The notes under the pieces: model-generated
What the model was told of the DNA's origin: nothing
The model's input: only the letters and a program-made list of their open reading frames with translations
Database searches by the model: none
Assembly (NCBI GenBank): GCA_964230645.1
Contig: CAXRHT010000001.1
Span: forward strand, 736,001 to 800,000
Direction of reading: 5' to 3'
Length of the DNA stretch: 64,000 nt
Origin: Bdellovibrionales bacterium
Lineage (GTDB): Bacteria; Bdellovibrionota; Bdellovibrionia; Bdellovibrionales; JAGQZY01
In this document: positions 19,146-28,481 of the stretch, piece after piece
Numbering within the stretch: the first letter of the stretch is position 1
Layout of the letters: each line of letters starts with the position of its first letter
Made by a program: the position numbers and the translations under genes

Positions 19146-19736
19146 CTATTTACATTCTTTTTTAAGAGGGGCTAAGACTGATATTTTAAAATCAGTCCAC
19201 GTAACACTTTTACCATCCTCTCCTGTGTGGAGGGAACCACACCTTTTCTTCAATGCCGCTATTTGGTCCCCTAAAGAGAACTTTACCGCATCGAAGACAC
19301 CTTCAGCCGTGATCTTTTCTTTATCGACTTTATAGGTGAAGTCTATTTTTTGAGTTTGTTCGTTGATCTTCATTGTGGTTTTCAACTTATCTTTTTCAAT
19401 CTTATCAACTGTCACTTCAACCACGGAATCTCCAAGAATGTTGGCAAATAAAGTTTCCCTTAAGTTTTTGTCTCTCAAAGAATTGCCTGAATCCAGGCTC
19501 ACTAAATCAACTGTGACGACTAGATTTTTTAAAAGGTCACTGGGTCTCTTCTTCCTCTCAGTTTTGTTGAGTTTTACACCGGGGAAATTGCCATCCACCC
19601 CTATCTTTTCTGAAGTCTTATAGCCTGTTCCCGTTATAACAGCCCTTTCTTGGTCAAACTCGTAGGTGCATTCCTTTGAATGAGCGGGAAGAGTAAATAT
19701 AAGTATGATAAAAAACTTTAGAAACTTCATATCCAT
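19146..19736 (-). CDS. YceI-family periplasmic protein
   Basis: TGYKT...GVDGNF and SLDSGNSLRDKNL motifs. The track start at 19784 lies inside a terminator, so ATG 19736 (or 19730) is preferred. Confidence 0.8.
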   Translation of the reverse strand: MDMKFLKFFIILIFTLPAHSKECTYEFDQERAVITGTGYKTSEKIGVDGNFPGVKLNKTERKKRPSDLLKNLVVTVDLVSLDSGNSLRDKNLRETLFANILGDSVVEVTVDKIEKDKLKTTMKINEQTQKIDFTYKVDKEKITAEGVFDAVKFSLGDQIAALKKRCGSLHTGEDGKSVTWTDFKISVLAPLKKECK

Positions 19737-19767
19737 TGCTAGCAACCCCACGTGGAACAAATTCCAT

Positions 19768-19801
19768 AAAAAAAGGCTCTCCACTCGTAGAAAGCCTTTT
19801 T
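19768..19801 (-). terminator. intrinsic terminator after the S8-PilZ gene
   Basis: aaaaaggct...agccttttt inverted repeat with T tract. Confidence 0.7.
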
Positions 19802-19847
19802 AAGTTACCACAGGGACGAATCCTTGGGCAGTCCTGCTAGATCTAGG

Positions 19848-21710
19848 TTATGTCTTGCTCAGTTTTTTAGTCCAGCCTCCAATGGCCGCGACAGCTTCAT
19901 CACGAATATCGCAGAACTGCACACCATAGGCTTTCTTTTCCTCACTCCACACAATTCGACCTTCCACCTGCACCTGTTGGTCCCCTTCAGGGCTTGCGAT
20001 GTTAAGGGTCACAATTCCGCCTTTTTCAAGCAAGGCATCCGTATCGATTCTTGCTCCACCGAGGGAGATTGAACTCATCTGACCGACCAGCTGTTTTTCA
20101 CCCACATTGATTCGAACCTCTGAGTCCATTTTGTAACGAGGGTATTTACGACGACTTTCGATGCTATTCTTTTTACGAATCTTGAGTATGTTAATTAAAA
20201 TAACGGGTGCAAAAAGTAGAGCGAGAAATAGGAGCGTTTTACCACCTGATGGCGTATTGCCTCCGCCACCTTTACCACCACGGTCTTTTAGTACTTTCGC
20301 GATCATTCCACAGCCACCAGCAGCACCTCCGGCACTGGCAGTACTACGAGCAGCACCGCCTGTATATTCTGGCTGATAGCTATCGATATCATTGTTCTGG
20401 ACGAAACCAACGGCTTCAAGCGCATTGATTCTTGAGCGTGAAGCCACGAATCCATTGAGTCCACCGATAGGATCAGAGTGGTCGTAAAGGACACCCTTTA
20501 CCTGGTAGCCATTGATAACACCCTTTTCACGAATCATTAAGGCTGCCAAACCGGCGGCAAAAGGTGCTGCCATACTTGTCCCTGATGAGTACCCAAAGCT
20601 ATCACCAGGAAGTGTACTGAGAATCGAAATACCGGGGCTCGCCACATGAACGGAATTATTCCCGTAATTAGAAAAGCTAGCCAAACTATCTCGAGAAGAA
20701 GTGGCAGCAATGGAAACCACGTTGGGTACTTCGTAACTGGCCGGATAAACAGGAGACGAATCATTATTGTTGGCCGCATTACCAGCCGCTGCAATAAAAG
20801 AAACGCCTTTATTATATCCGTTTGTAATCACATCGTGAAGCGCCTGAGAGTAGTACCCACCACCCCAGGAATTATTAAGAACATTGGCTCCGTTATCTAA
20901 AGCATAGTTGATGGCTGCAAGAGCATCTGAGGTTGAACCAACTCCATTTTCATCAAGAAACTTTAGGGGCATGATTTGTATGACGGCGGGATCCAAATTA
21001 GGAGCAAGGATATTTTGAGTCATTCCCAAAACGATTCCTGCCACATGAGTCCCGTGGTTATCATCGTCCATTGGATCATTTGAGTCAGAAACGAAGTTCC
21101 ATCCGCGTACATCGTCAACATAGCCATTGCCATCATCATCGATATAGTTACCGGGAATTTCGTCTTCGTTGACCCATATGGCTCCACTTTCGTCGAAAAC
21201 ATAGTGGGAGTAATCCACACCGGAATCGATGACGGCCACTACGGGGCGCTCATTGAGCCGTGACAGGATTTGCCAGGCCTCTTCAGCACTGATATTGGCT
21301 TCAGTTTGCCCAAAATCAGTTGGACCTGAAAAACCTTCGTTATTGTTCTCTAGCCCCTCCACTGTCTCAGAGTAAGACATAGGATGACCTTCGATACCTG
21401 CACTTTGTTTTTGGAAGATATAATTAGGTTCAGCGTACTCGACATCAGGATCTAAAAGAAGATCATTCACAGCCTGCTCAACACTTTGACCGGCACCCAA
21501 CTTAAATTGGTGCATATTGAATCTTTTCCAACTGCGCTTTAACGACATTTTGCTATTGAGCGACATCTTGCCAACGAACTTCTGGGTCTGACCAGAGCTG
21601 GCACCTTTTTTCATCTTAACGATAACCTCACCCGGAACATAGTCCTGGGCGGTAGCAGTCAAAGAAAAGACGAGGGCTAAAATAAAAGCAAACGGACTAA
21701 CTAACCACAC
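19848..21710 (-). CDS. subtilisin-like S8 protease with C-terminal TM helix and PilZ domain
   Basis: Signal peptide, prodomain (YVPGEVIVK...VEYAEPNY), triad motifs VIDSG, HGTHVAG and GTSMAAP, oxyanion AAGN, GGCG linker, TM helix, then RRKYPR...SISLGG...GRIVW...YGVQF. Confidence 0.92.
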   Translation of the reverse strand: MWLVSPFAFILALVFSLTATAQDYVPGEVIVKMKKGASSGQTQKFVGKMSLNSKMSLKRSWKRFNMHQFKLGAGQSVEQAVNDLLLDPDVEYAEPNYIFQKQSAGIEGHPMSYSETVEGLENNNEGFSGPTDFGQTEANISAEEAWQILSRLNERPVVAVIDSGVDYSHYVFDESGAIWVNEDEIPGNYIDDDGNGYVDDVRGWNFVSDSNDPMDDDNHGTHVAGIVLGMTQNILAPNLDPAVIQIMPLKFLDENGVGSTSDALAAINYALDNGANVLNNSWGGGYYSQALHDVITNGYNKGVSFIAAAGNAANNNDSSPVYPASYEVPNVVSIAATSSRDSLASFSNYGNNSVHVASPGISILSTLPGDSFGYSSGTSMAAPFAAGLAALMIREKGVINGYQVKGVLYDHSDPIGGLNGFVASRSRINALEAVGFVQNNDIDSYQPEYTGGAARSTASAGGAAGGCGMIAKVLKDRGGKGGGGNTPSGGKTLLFLALLFAPVILINILKIRKKNSIESRRKYPRYKMDSEVRINVGEKQLVGQMSSISLGGARIDTDALLEKGGIVTLNIASPEGDQQVQVEGRIVWSEEKKAYGVQFCDIRDEAVAAIGGWTKKLSKT

Positions 21711-21717
21711 ATTAAGT

Positions 21718-21744
21718 CTATCGGACTTTGGTTTTAAATATTTA
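21718..21744 (-). promoter_or_regulatory. sigma28 (FliA)-like promoter
   Basis: Minus strand reads TAAA-N15-TCCGATAG, ending 7 nt before the GTG at 21710. Confidence 0.6.
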
Positions 21745-21911
21745 GTCCTAATTCAAAAAAAATTCGGTTTTTTTGAAAAAAAATAAGTGGGTCATTTCGA
21801 AACGCTTTACTCTCAATAGATGCTCATTAAAAGCCCACTCACTATATATATAGACAGAATTCGAATGTTCGTTTCTCACAGTTCTAATTTCAAGGAGAGT
21901 GTCTCAAAATG

Positions 21912-21943
21912 AAAAAGGGACTCACTTTTTGAGTGAATCCCCT
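21912..21943 (-). terminator. intrinsic terminator after ppiD
   Basis: aaaaagggactcac...gtgaatcccct imperfect hairpin, giving a U tract on the minus strand. Confidence 0.55.
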
Positions 21944-21972
21944 ATCTTAGCTTTTACGACTGTTAATACTAT

Positions 21973-23454
21973 TTATCTCAAAATATCAGGATTGATTTTA
22001 ATTGAGGCTTCGTCTTTTAAGGAGTTGGTCCAATCCTGAATCATGGCATTGGCTTTTTGCTGTTTCATCAAGTTTTTGAAAAAGTCCATTTGAGACTGGC
22101 CTTTGTTTTCAGCCATATCAAATCGAGCCCCACGATACTTGAGAAGGTAGGCACTATCCCCTTGATAAACCATTTCACTGGCGTACTCGTTTTCTTGACT
22201 CAACTCCATAGCTTGATCCAAGAACTCCTCACTTCTACCCACACCAGGGATGTTTTCTTTAGTGATATTAAAAAAGCCTGTGGTTTTCCACGTAAGACCA
22301 TTTTTTGTGACTAAGTTTTCCAGTTCACCGTACTTGTTCTCTTTCAGCTTTTCTCTGTAAACATCGAGATTGTCTTCAAAGGAGTTTTCTTGAATAAGCT
22401 GCTTGGCAATTTCAGTTTTTACCTCCTCAAAGGGAGTCACACTGGCCTCTTGTTTATCTTCAACGTAGATGATGTGGTATCCGAACTTTGTCTCAATAGG
22501 CTCTGTGATAGTGCCTGGCTCTGTTGAAAAAGCGGCCTTTTCAAATCCGGGCACCATTCGTCCTCTGGGGAAAAGACCAAGACTTCCCCCTTTGGCTTTT
22601 GAGCCGGGATCATCCGAGTGTTTTTTTGCCATCTCAGCGAAATTTTCTTTGGTGAGGTCTTTGGCTACCTGTTGAGCTTTTTCAAGCGCTTTTTCCATAC
22701 CATCTTCTTTGTCTTTTTCGGCTTTAAAGAGAATATGGCTCGCCTTCACTTTTTCAGGAGTGGTGTATTCTGTTTTATGGGTGTTGTAGTAACCCACAGC
22801 TTTTTTCTCGTTTTCTTTGAGGTATTTCTCTATTTTTTCATCCGTGATGTTTTTGGAGAGCTTGTCGGGTGAGAGCTTAATATAAGAGACATTGATTTGG
22901 GCTTGATCGATTTTCTCGTCGAGGTCATCAACAAGGGGAAGATCTTTTGCGGCAAATCCAATAATCTTTCTCATTTTTTGAATCAAGAGGTCTTGCCTGA
23001 TTTTTCTCTCAAATTCACCTTCACTCATACGAGCCTGTTGTAGGTATTGCTTATACCTTAGGCGGCTAAAGACTCCATCTTCATAAAAAGGTTGAATATC
23101 AAGGAGAGTTTTTGCCACTTCGGCATCACTGACATGGATATTGAGGGCTTCAGCTTTTTGTGTGATCAGGGACTGGTTCACCAAAATATTAATGGTGTTT
23201 TTCTGTAAATCTTTGCGAGCCTCTCTGGTGTCGCCGACCTGAGAGCTATTACTCAGACGGTCATAAGCGTCTTTATAATCTTTTAAACTGATCGCCTCTC
23301 CGTTGACCTCGGCGGCGGCCCCACCCTGCCCAAGAAATTGGGAATTGGGAGAAAAACCGATGAAAACGAAAACCACACAGACGACTGTCAGTAGCGTCCA
23401 TCCGAAGATATTGATGACGGGATTTTTGCGACGCTTTGTCACTGATTCAAACAC
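21973..23454 (-). CDS. ppiD: PpiD/SurA-N parvulin-type peptidyl-prolyl isomerase
   Basis: N-terminal TM anchor, SurA_N region (AAEVNGEAIS), and parvulin motifs KASHIL, SDDPGSKAKGGSLG and ETKFGYHII. Confidence 0.88.
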   Translation of the reverse strand: MFESVTKRRKNPVINIFGWTLLTVVCVVFVFIGFSPNSQFLGQGGAAAEVNGEAISLKDYKDAYDRLSNSSQVGDTREARKDLQKNTINILVNQSLITQKAEALNIHVSDAEVAKTLLDIQPFYEDGVFSRLRYKQYLQQARMSEGEFERKIRQDLLIQKMRKIIGFAAKDLPLVDDLDEKIDQAQINVSYIKLSPDKLSKNITDEKIEKYLKENEKKAVGYYNTHKTEYTTPEKVKASHILFKAEKDKEDGMEKALEKAQQVAKDLTKENFAEMAKKHSDDPGSKAKGGSLGLFPRGRMVPGFEKAAFSTEPGTITEPIETKFGYHIIYVEDKQEASVTPFEEVKTEIAKQLIQENSFEDNLDVYREKLKENKYGELENLVTKNGLTWKTTGFFNITKENIPGVGRSEEFLDQAMELSQENEYASEMVYQGDSAYLLKYRGARFDMAENKGQSQMDFFKNLMKQQKANAMIQDWTNSLKDEASIKINPDILR

Positions 23455-23562
23455 GATTGACCTCCGAAGCTTTTACTCATCCTTATGACAAACTCCCAAC
23501 ATACCTTGAGGAGGGCGTTTTTCCAATTGGATTTCTTATAACAATTTGATAGTTCTCAATAT

Positions 23563-24408
23563 ATGGGGAATTCTCTAAGTTTAAAACAGACCGTTGCTTT
23601 TTTATTACTCTTTGTCCCCGCTCTTATTTTTTATGCATTGCAAAATAATGTTCTTAATGTCGTAAAGGGAACCCCTTTGCAAACACCCGCTCATTGGGTG
23701 CAACTGGCCTACGATGAATTCACCCATTTGGTACAAGAAAGTCTCAATACCTATTTTTATCTCGTGGCCACGAATCGGGAAAATAAGGTTCTTAAAATTG
23801 AGAATGCAAAATTGGCGTCTAGAGTTCAATTGCTCGAGGAGTATCGTAGCGAGAACATTCGACTCCGCGATCTTTTCAAATTCCAACAGGAACTCCCCAG
23901 AGAAACCATCGCCGCCAGAGTCATCTCAAAGGATATTAGTAACGCGAACAACTCTTTTACGATCGACAAAGGCGCCGAGCATGGAGTCAAAAGACTTCAG
24001 GGCGTCATTTCTGCTAACGGGATTGTCGGCTATACCTTTGAGGTTGAACCCAACAGCTCGCGGGTCCTTCTTCTATCTAATCAAAATGCTAGTATCGATG
24101 CGCTTATCCAAAGAACAAGAGCTCGAGGGATTGTGTCGGGAATCAATAGCAAAACCTACGAGCTAAAATATCTAATGCGCAAAGAAGACGCTCAACCTGG
24201 AGACCGGGTCGTGACAAGTGGACGCAAAGGCTTCTTTCCAAAAGGTTTCATTATTGGTGAGATTTCAGAGGTCCGCCATAGCCCCACAGCGGTGAGTTTT
24301 CGTGCAGAGATCAAACCCGCTGTAAAAATAGACCAACTTGAACATGTACTTGTGATTGTCGATAAAAAAGAGGGACTCCCTTCTGAGAGTTTGAAAGCTA
24401 AAAAATGA
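23563..24408 (+). CDS. mreC: rod shape-determining protein MreC
   Basis: Coiled coil ENIRLRDL, ARVI...IDKGAEHGV and VVTSG...FPKG. First gene of the mreCD-mrdA-rodA operon. Confidence 0.95.
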   Translation: MGNSLSLKQTVAFLLLFVPALIFYALQNNVLNVVKGTPLQTPAHWVQLAYDEFTHLVQESLNTYFYLVATNRENKVLKIENAKLASRVQLLEEYRSENIRLRDLFKFQQELPRETIAARVISKDISNANNSFTIDKGAEHGVKRLQGVISANGIVGYTFEVEPNSSRVLLLSNQNASIDALIQRTRARGIVSGINSKTYELKYLMRKEDAQPGDRVVTSGRKGFFPKGFIIGEISEVRHSPTAVSFRAEIKPAVKIDQLEHVLVIVDKKEGLPSESLKAKK

Positions 24409-24917
24409 AAAAAGTTTTCTTAAGCGGTTTTCTATTTTTGAGTACTTCTTTTCTTCTCTCGGCCTTACAGGGCAATCTCTATTTTCTGCCATTCAGTATG
24501 CCTCTTTTTTGGACCATTGTTTTAGCCTACTATTCTTTTCGTAAAAGTCTAAAATATGTGCTTCTCATTAATATCGCTCACTGCCTGGTTCTAGTCTCCT
24601 TTTCCACAATCCCCCCAAGCCATATGCTCCTAACTATGAACTTTTTTTCCCTCGCCTTTTATTTTGTAAAGGAGCGGTTTCATACGAATTTTTGGCATAT
24701 TTCTATGGCCGCCTCTCTAGCCGCTGTGACTTTTAAAATGGCGCAATGGCTTGGATCCGGTTTTTTTCACCAGTTTGTCGTTCCCAATCTCCTGGAATGG
24801 CTGGGAATCGGGATAATTACTTTTGCGGTCGCTCCATTTTTGGTAAACTTTTTTGAACGATTGGACGAGAAAATCCAATTCGAACGCATCGACACTTTAG
24901 AAAACCTGAGAATCTAG
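24405..24917 (+). CDS. mreD: rod shape-determining membrane protein MreD (divergent)
   Basis: 170-aa polytopic membrane protein between mreC and mrdA. Confidence 0.75.
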   Translation: MKKVFLSGFLFLSTSFLLSALQGNLYFLPFSMPLFWTIVLAYYSFRKSLKYVLLINIAHCLVLVSFSTIPPSHMLLTMNFFSLAFYFVKERFHTNFWHISMAASLAAVTFKMAQWLGSGFFHQFVVPNLLEWLGIGIITFAVAPFLVNFFERLDEKIQFERIDTLENLRI

Positions 24918-24964
24918 CTCTTCCTTCAAGATGCACTTGGCATGGAAGAGGGCTTTGGGACCAT

Positions 24965-26914
24965 ATGCTTTTTGATGATAGTAATGAAATAGGATCTTTT
25001 AATTTTGATCGCAACTTTGTTGCGGCCAAGGTTTTTATTTTGATCTTTATTCTCATCCTTTCATCTCGACTCTGGTACTTACAAATTATCCATGGAGAGG
25101 AGTTCCGGGAGTTCTCTACCCAGAATCTCCTCAAATCCTCTGATGTATACGCCCCAAGAGGCACTATCTTTGATCGTGATGGTCGCGTGTTGGTTGAAAA
25201 CCTGCCCGCTTACAAGGCGATTATTACTCCACAATACACTGTTGATCTCGAGTCTTTGGCCGCTGACCTAGCCCCAGCTCTATCTCTTGAAAAAGAAGAC
25301 ATCGTAACAAAGGTGAAACGCTCTCGCAGCCTCAATGGCCCTTTCTTCCCCGTAGATATCAAACGTCATTTAACACGCGATGAACTCTTTGATGTGGAAC
25401 TGGTCAAATTGGACCACCCAGGCCTCCAAGCTCAAGAATTTATCTTACGCTATTACCCTTTTGGTCCTCAATTGGCTCACACTCTGGGATATGTGCGTGA
25501 GATTTCAAAAAAAGAAATCCCGAGACTGAACGAACTCTATGACAACAAAATTAAATTTAAGCAAAAAGACATCATTGGTAAAAAGGGGCTCGAAGAGGCT
25601 TTCGATATCAACCTGCGAGGAAGAAAGGGTAAGTCTTTTGTGATTGTGGACGCCAAGGGCCAGGAACGCTCCCAACGAACAATCAATGCGATTGGCGAAA
25701 TTCTAAAAAATACCCCAGCGACACCGGGCGAGGATATATACACCACTTTAGATATTGATCTGCAAAAAGCGGCTTCAGAATCTTTTGAAAGACATGAAAG
25801 AGTGGGCTCTTTAATTGCAATGACACCCCAGGGAGAAATTCTAGCGTGGGTAAGCTATCCAAGCTTTGACCCCAACGTTTTTTCAAAAAGAGTCAGTCCC
25901 GAGATTTGGAGAGGCTGGGTCAATAATGAAGACCGCCCTCTTCGTAATAAAGCTATTCAGGATCACTACGCTCCTGGGTCCACTTTCAAGCCCATAGTTG
26001 CACTCTCTGGATTGCAAAACGGTGCTATTAAATCGAATCAATACGTTTACGCCCCTTCTCAGTACCGCCTCGGACGTCGTGTTTTCCACGATCACACCCA
26101 GACAGGGCAAGGATATATCGAAGTGCGCGAGGCCCTTGAAAGATCCAGTAACGTCTTCTTTTACAAACTCGGTAAAGAGTTGGGCCCTGATAAGATGGCC
26201 AAAACAGCCTACGCTCTCGGGCTCGGAAAACCCACAGGGATTCCAATCAGCGGAGAGGTCAGTGGGCACGTTCCCACCAGAGCCTGGAAAAAAGAGCGCT
26301 GGGGTGAGCCTTGGCAAGACGGAGAGAGTTTAAATACAGCGATCGGTCAGGGTCATGTTTTGGTGACAACGATTCAATTGGCTCAAGCCTACTCGGCCAT
26401 AGCCCTTGGAGGCGCTGTTTATAAACCTCAAATTATTAAAAAACTAGAAGCCCCTCCCAATTCCGCTGTCGCAGTAGAAAGCCGTATTTTTGACCCTCTT
26501 TTGATACGCCACTTAGCCGAAGACAAAGAAGAGGAATATTTTGTCGACGCCAAACATTTCAAAACAGTCCAAGAGGGACTCTGGCAGGTTGTCAACGGTA
26601 ACCAGGGAACGGCTCGAAGAACTAAATTCAAAGAGCCTTTTAGTGTAGCGGGCAAGACCGGAACGGCACAGGTCAGACGCTTCTCCGCGGATCAAATTTA
26701 TAAGCCCTGTCCAAAGCGAACGAAAAAAGAAAAACACAACGGATGGTTTGTGGGTTATGGCTCCTATAAAGACGAGCCCAAAATCACTGTGGCTGTTTTT
26801 ACCGAACACTCCTGTACATCAGCAGCAGCCGTACCTATTGCCAAAGACGTCTTTGAAGCCTACTTTAAAAAATATCATAATCTGCGAGTAAAAAGTGATC
26901 AGCCAAAGTCTTGA
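24965..26914 (+). CDS. mrdA: penicillin-binding protein 2
   Basis: RLWYLQI, APRGTIFDR, RYYP, STFK (SxxK), SSN and KTGTAQ. Confidence 0.96.
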   Translation: MLFDDSNEIGSFNFDRNFVAAKVFILIFILILSSRLWYLQIIHGEEFREFSTQNLLKSSDVYAPRGTIFDRDGRVLVENLPAYKAIITPQYTVDLESLAADLAPALSLEKEDIVTKVKRSRSLNGPFFPVDIKRHLTRDELFDVELVKLDHPGLQAQEFILRYYPFGPQLAHTLGYVREISKKEIPRLNELYDNKIKFKQKDIIGKKGLEEAFDINLRGRKGKSFVIVDAKGQERSQRTINAIGEILKNTPATPGEDIYTTLDIDLQKAASESFERHERVGSLIAMTPQGEILAWVSYPSFDPNVFSKRVSPEIWRGWVNNEDRPLRNKAIQDHYAPGSTFKPIVALSGLQNGAIKSNQYVYAPSQYRLGRRVFHDHTQTGQGYIEVREALERSSNVFFYKLGKELGPDKMAKTAYALGLGKPTGIPISGEVSGHVPTRAWKKERWGEPWQDGESLNTAIGQGHVLVTTIQLAQAYSAIALGGAVYKPQIIKKLEAPPNSAVAVESRIFDPLLIRHLAEDKEEEYFVDAKHFKTVQEGLWQVVNGNQGTARRTKFKEPFSVAGKTGTAQVRRFSADQIYKPCPKRTKKEKHNGWFVGYGSYKDEPKITVAVFTEHSCTSAAAVPIAKDVFEAYFKKYHNLRVKSDQPKS

Positions 26915-28016
26915 CCTAAAAATTGAAAAGAGATCGTTTTTTAAACGCTTTGATTGGAATTTGATCCTTTGTATCTGCTTTTTACAATTTGTAGGGCTGA
27001 TCAATCTATACAGTGCCGCCTATTCCACCGATCATTTGGGTCGAGTTTTTACCTCGCAACTGATGTGGATCCCAATCGGTTGGGTGGCCTATATTGTGAT
27101 CTCAAGGCTGGACTATAAAAATATCGTAAAATACTCTCCTTATTTTTATGCCATAAACTCTATTGCATTGGTGCTTGTTCTCCTGATTGGCAAAAGAATT
27201 TACGGCTCCAGGCGTTGGCTTGATCTCGGTTTTTTCAATCTCCAGCCCTCTGAAACCATGAAGTTTTTCCTGATTATTTTTATGGCTGGCTATCTAGCCA
27301 AACACAAAATGGAAAATTTTGGCTTCAAGGATCTTATCAAGCCTGGAATGATACTAGGTGTCCCCTTTCTACTGACGGTCAAACAGCCGGACCTGGGAAC
27401 AGGTATTTTACTTCTAGCCATCCCCGCCTCAATGATCCTGTTTCTCGGTGTAAGAAAGAAAGTGATCGGAATTTTAGCCCTGATTTTGGCGATCTCTCTG
27501 CCAATTGCTTGGAACTTTGGCCTCAAAACTTATCAAAAAAATCGAGTTCTCAATTTTTTAAATCCCGAAAGAGATCCCCGCGGAACTGGCTACAACAGTA
27601 TTCAGGCAAAAATTGCTATTGGAAGTGGACAAATTTTAGGGAAGGGTCACCAAGATGGTTCCCAAAACCAACTGCAGTTTCTTCCTGAGAGACATTCGGA
27701 CTTTATCTTCTGTGTGCTGAGTGAAGAGTTTGGTTTTATTGGTGCCATGCTGACACTCCTGAGTTTTCTCTTCATGCTCTATATAATATTAAATATCGCG
27801 CGTAACAGTCAGGATCGAGCCGGAGCCCTTATTTGTGTGGGTGTTGGGGCCTTCATTTTTTGGCATATGGTTATCAATATAGGAATGGTCGCAGGACTTC
27901 TACCGATTGTGGGAGTGCCCTTACCTCTGCTGTCTTACGGAGGCTCAAGCATGGTCACTTTTATGGTGAGTCTTGGGATGGTGGCTTCTGTCAGTAATCG
28001 TCGCTATATGTTTTAG
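26895..28016 (+). CDS. rodA: SEDS peptidoglycan glycosyltransferase RodA
   Basis: RRWL...QPSE, QPDLGT, LPERHSDFIF and PLLSYGGSS. Confidence 0.96.
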   Translation: MISQSLDLKIEKRSFFKRFDWNLILCICFLQFVGLINLYSAAYSTDHLGRVFTSQLMWIPIGWVAYIVISRLDYKNIVKYSPYFYAINSIALVLVLLIGKRIYGSRRWLDLGFFNLQPSETMKFFLIIFMAGYLAKHKMENFGFKDLIKPGMILGVPFLLTVKQPDLGTGILLLAIPASMILFLGVRKKVIGILALILAISLPIAWNFGLKTYQKNRVLNFLNPERDPRGTGYNSIQAKIAIGSGQILGKGHQDGSQNQLQFLPERHSDFIFCVLSEEFGFIGAMLTLLSFLFMLYIILNIARNSQDRAGALICVGVGAFIFWHMVINIGMVAGLLPIVGVPLPLLSYGGSSMVTFMVSLGMVASVSNRRYMF

Positions 28017-28063
28017 AAATTAAAGAATCGAATTGTTCAATTATTTTAACTGACCAAAGGATG

Positions 28064-28095
28064 AAAAGTGCAATGGAAGGGCCATTGCACTTTTT
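28064..28095. terminator. bidirectional terminator between rodA and trxA
   Basis: 13-bp perfect stem aaaagtgcaatgg / ccattgcactttt. Confidence 0.85.
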
Positions 28096-28099
28096 ATAT

Positions 28100-28420
28100 C
28101 TATAGGTGTTTGTTGATTAAAGCGGTAATGTTCTCTTTGGGGTGATTGCCAACAAGCTGCTCGACAATTTCGCCATCTTTGAACAAAGCCAGAGTTGGAA
28201 CGCCACGAACGCCGTAGTTGGCGGGAGTTTCCTTGTTCTGGTCAATATCGACTTTGGCAACTGTGAGTTTTCCGTCAAATTCTTTAGCGATCTCATCAAG
28301 TTTGGGAGCTAAAGCTTTACAAGGGCCGCACCACTCTGCCCAAAAATCAACCAGCACGGGACTACTAGACTTTAGGACATCATTTTCGAAGTTTGAGTCA
28401 GACGTATGTATAGGTTCCAT
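28100..28420 (-). CDS. trxA: thioredoxin
   Basis: DFWAEWCGPC active site and cis-Pro motif GVPT. SD AAGGAGG. Confidence 0.97.
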   Translation of the reverse strand: MEPIHTSDSNFENDVLKSSSPVLVDFWAEWCGPCKALAPKLDEIAKEFDGKLTVAKVDIDQNKETPANYGVRGVPTLALFKDGEIVEQLVGNHPKENITALINKHL

Positions 28421-28451
28421 AAAACCTCCTTTATTTTTAAGTATTACCCTT

Positions 28452-28477
28452 TAAAGCTCAGGTCATTTTGCCGATAG
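28452..28477 (+). promoter_or_regulatory. sigma28 (FliA)-like promoter
   Basis: TAAAG at 28452 and GCCGATAG at 28470-28477 (14-nt spacer after TAAA), 7 nt before ATG 28485. Confidence 0.5.
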
Positions 28478-28481
28478 TCAA

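Noticed and set aside
21800..21912. Recurring (G/T)TCTCA hexamers in intergenic regions (also near 18475, 23553, 30956 and 36622)
   Set aside because: Possibly a lineage-specific regulator half-site, but too short to separate from chance without genome-wide statistics.
23455..23562. mreB missing before mreC as a novelty
   Set aside because: No remnant is visible, and to my knowledge mreB unlinked from mreCD is already known in Bdellovibrio.
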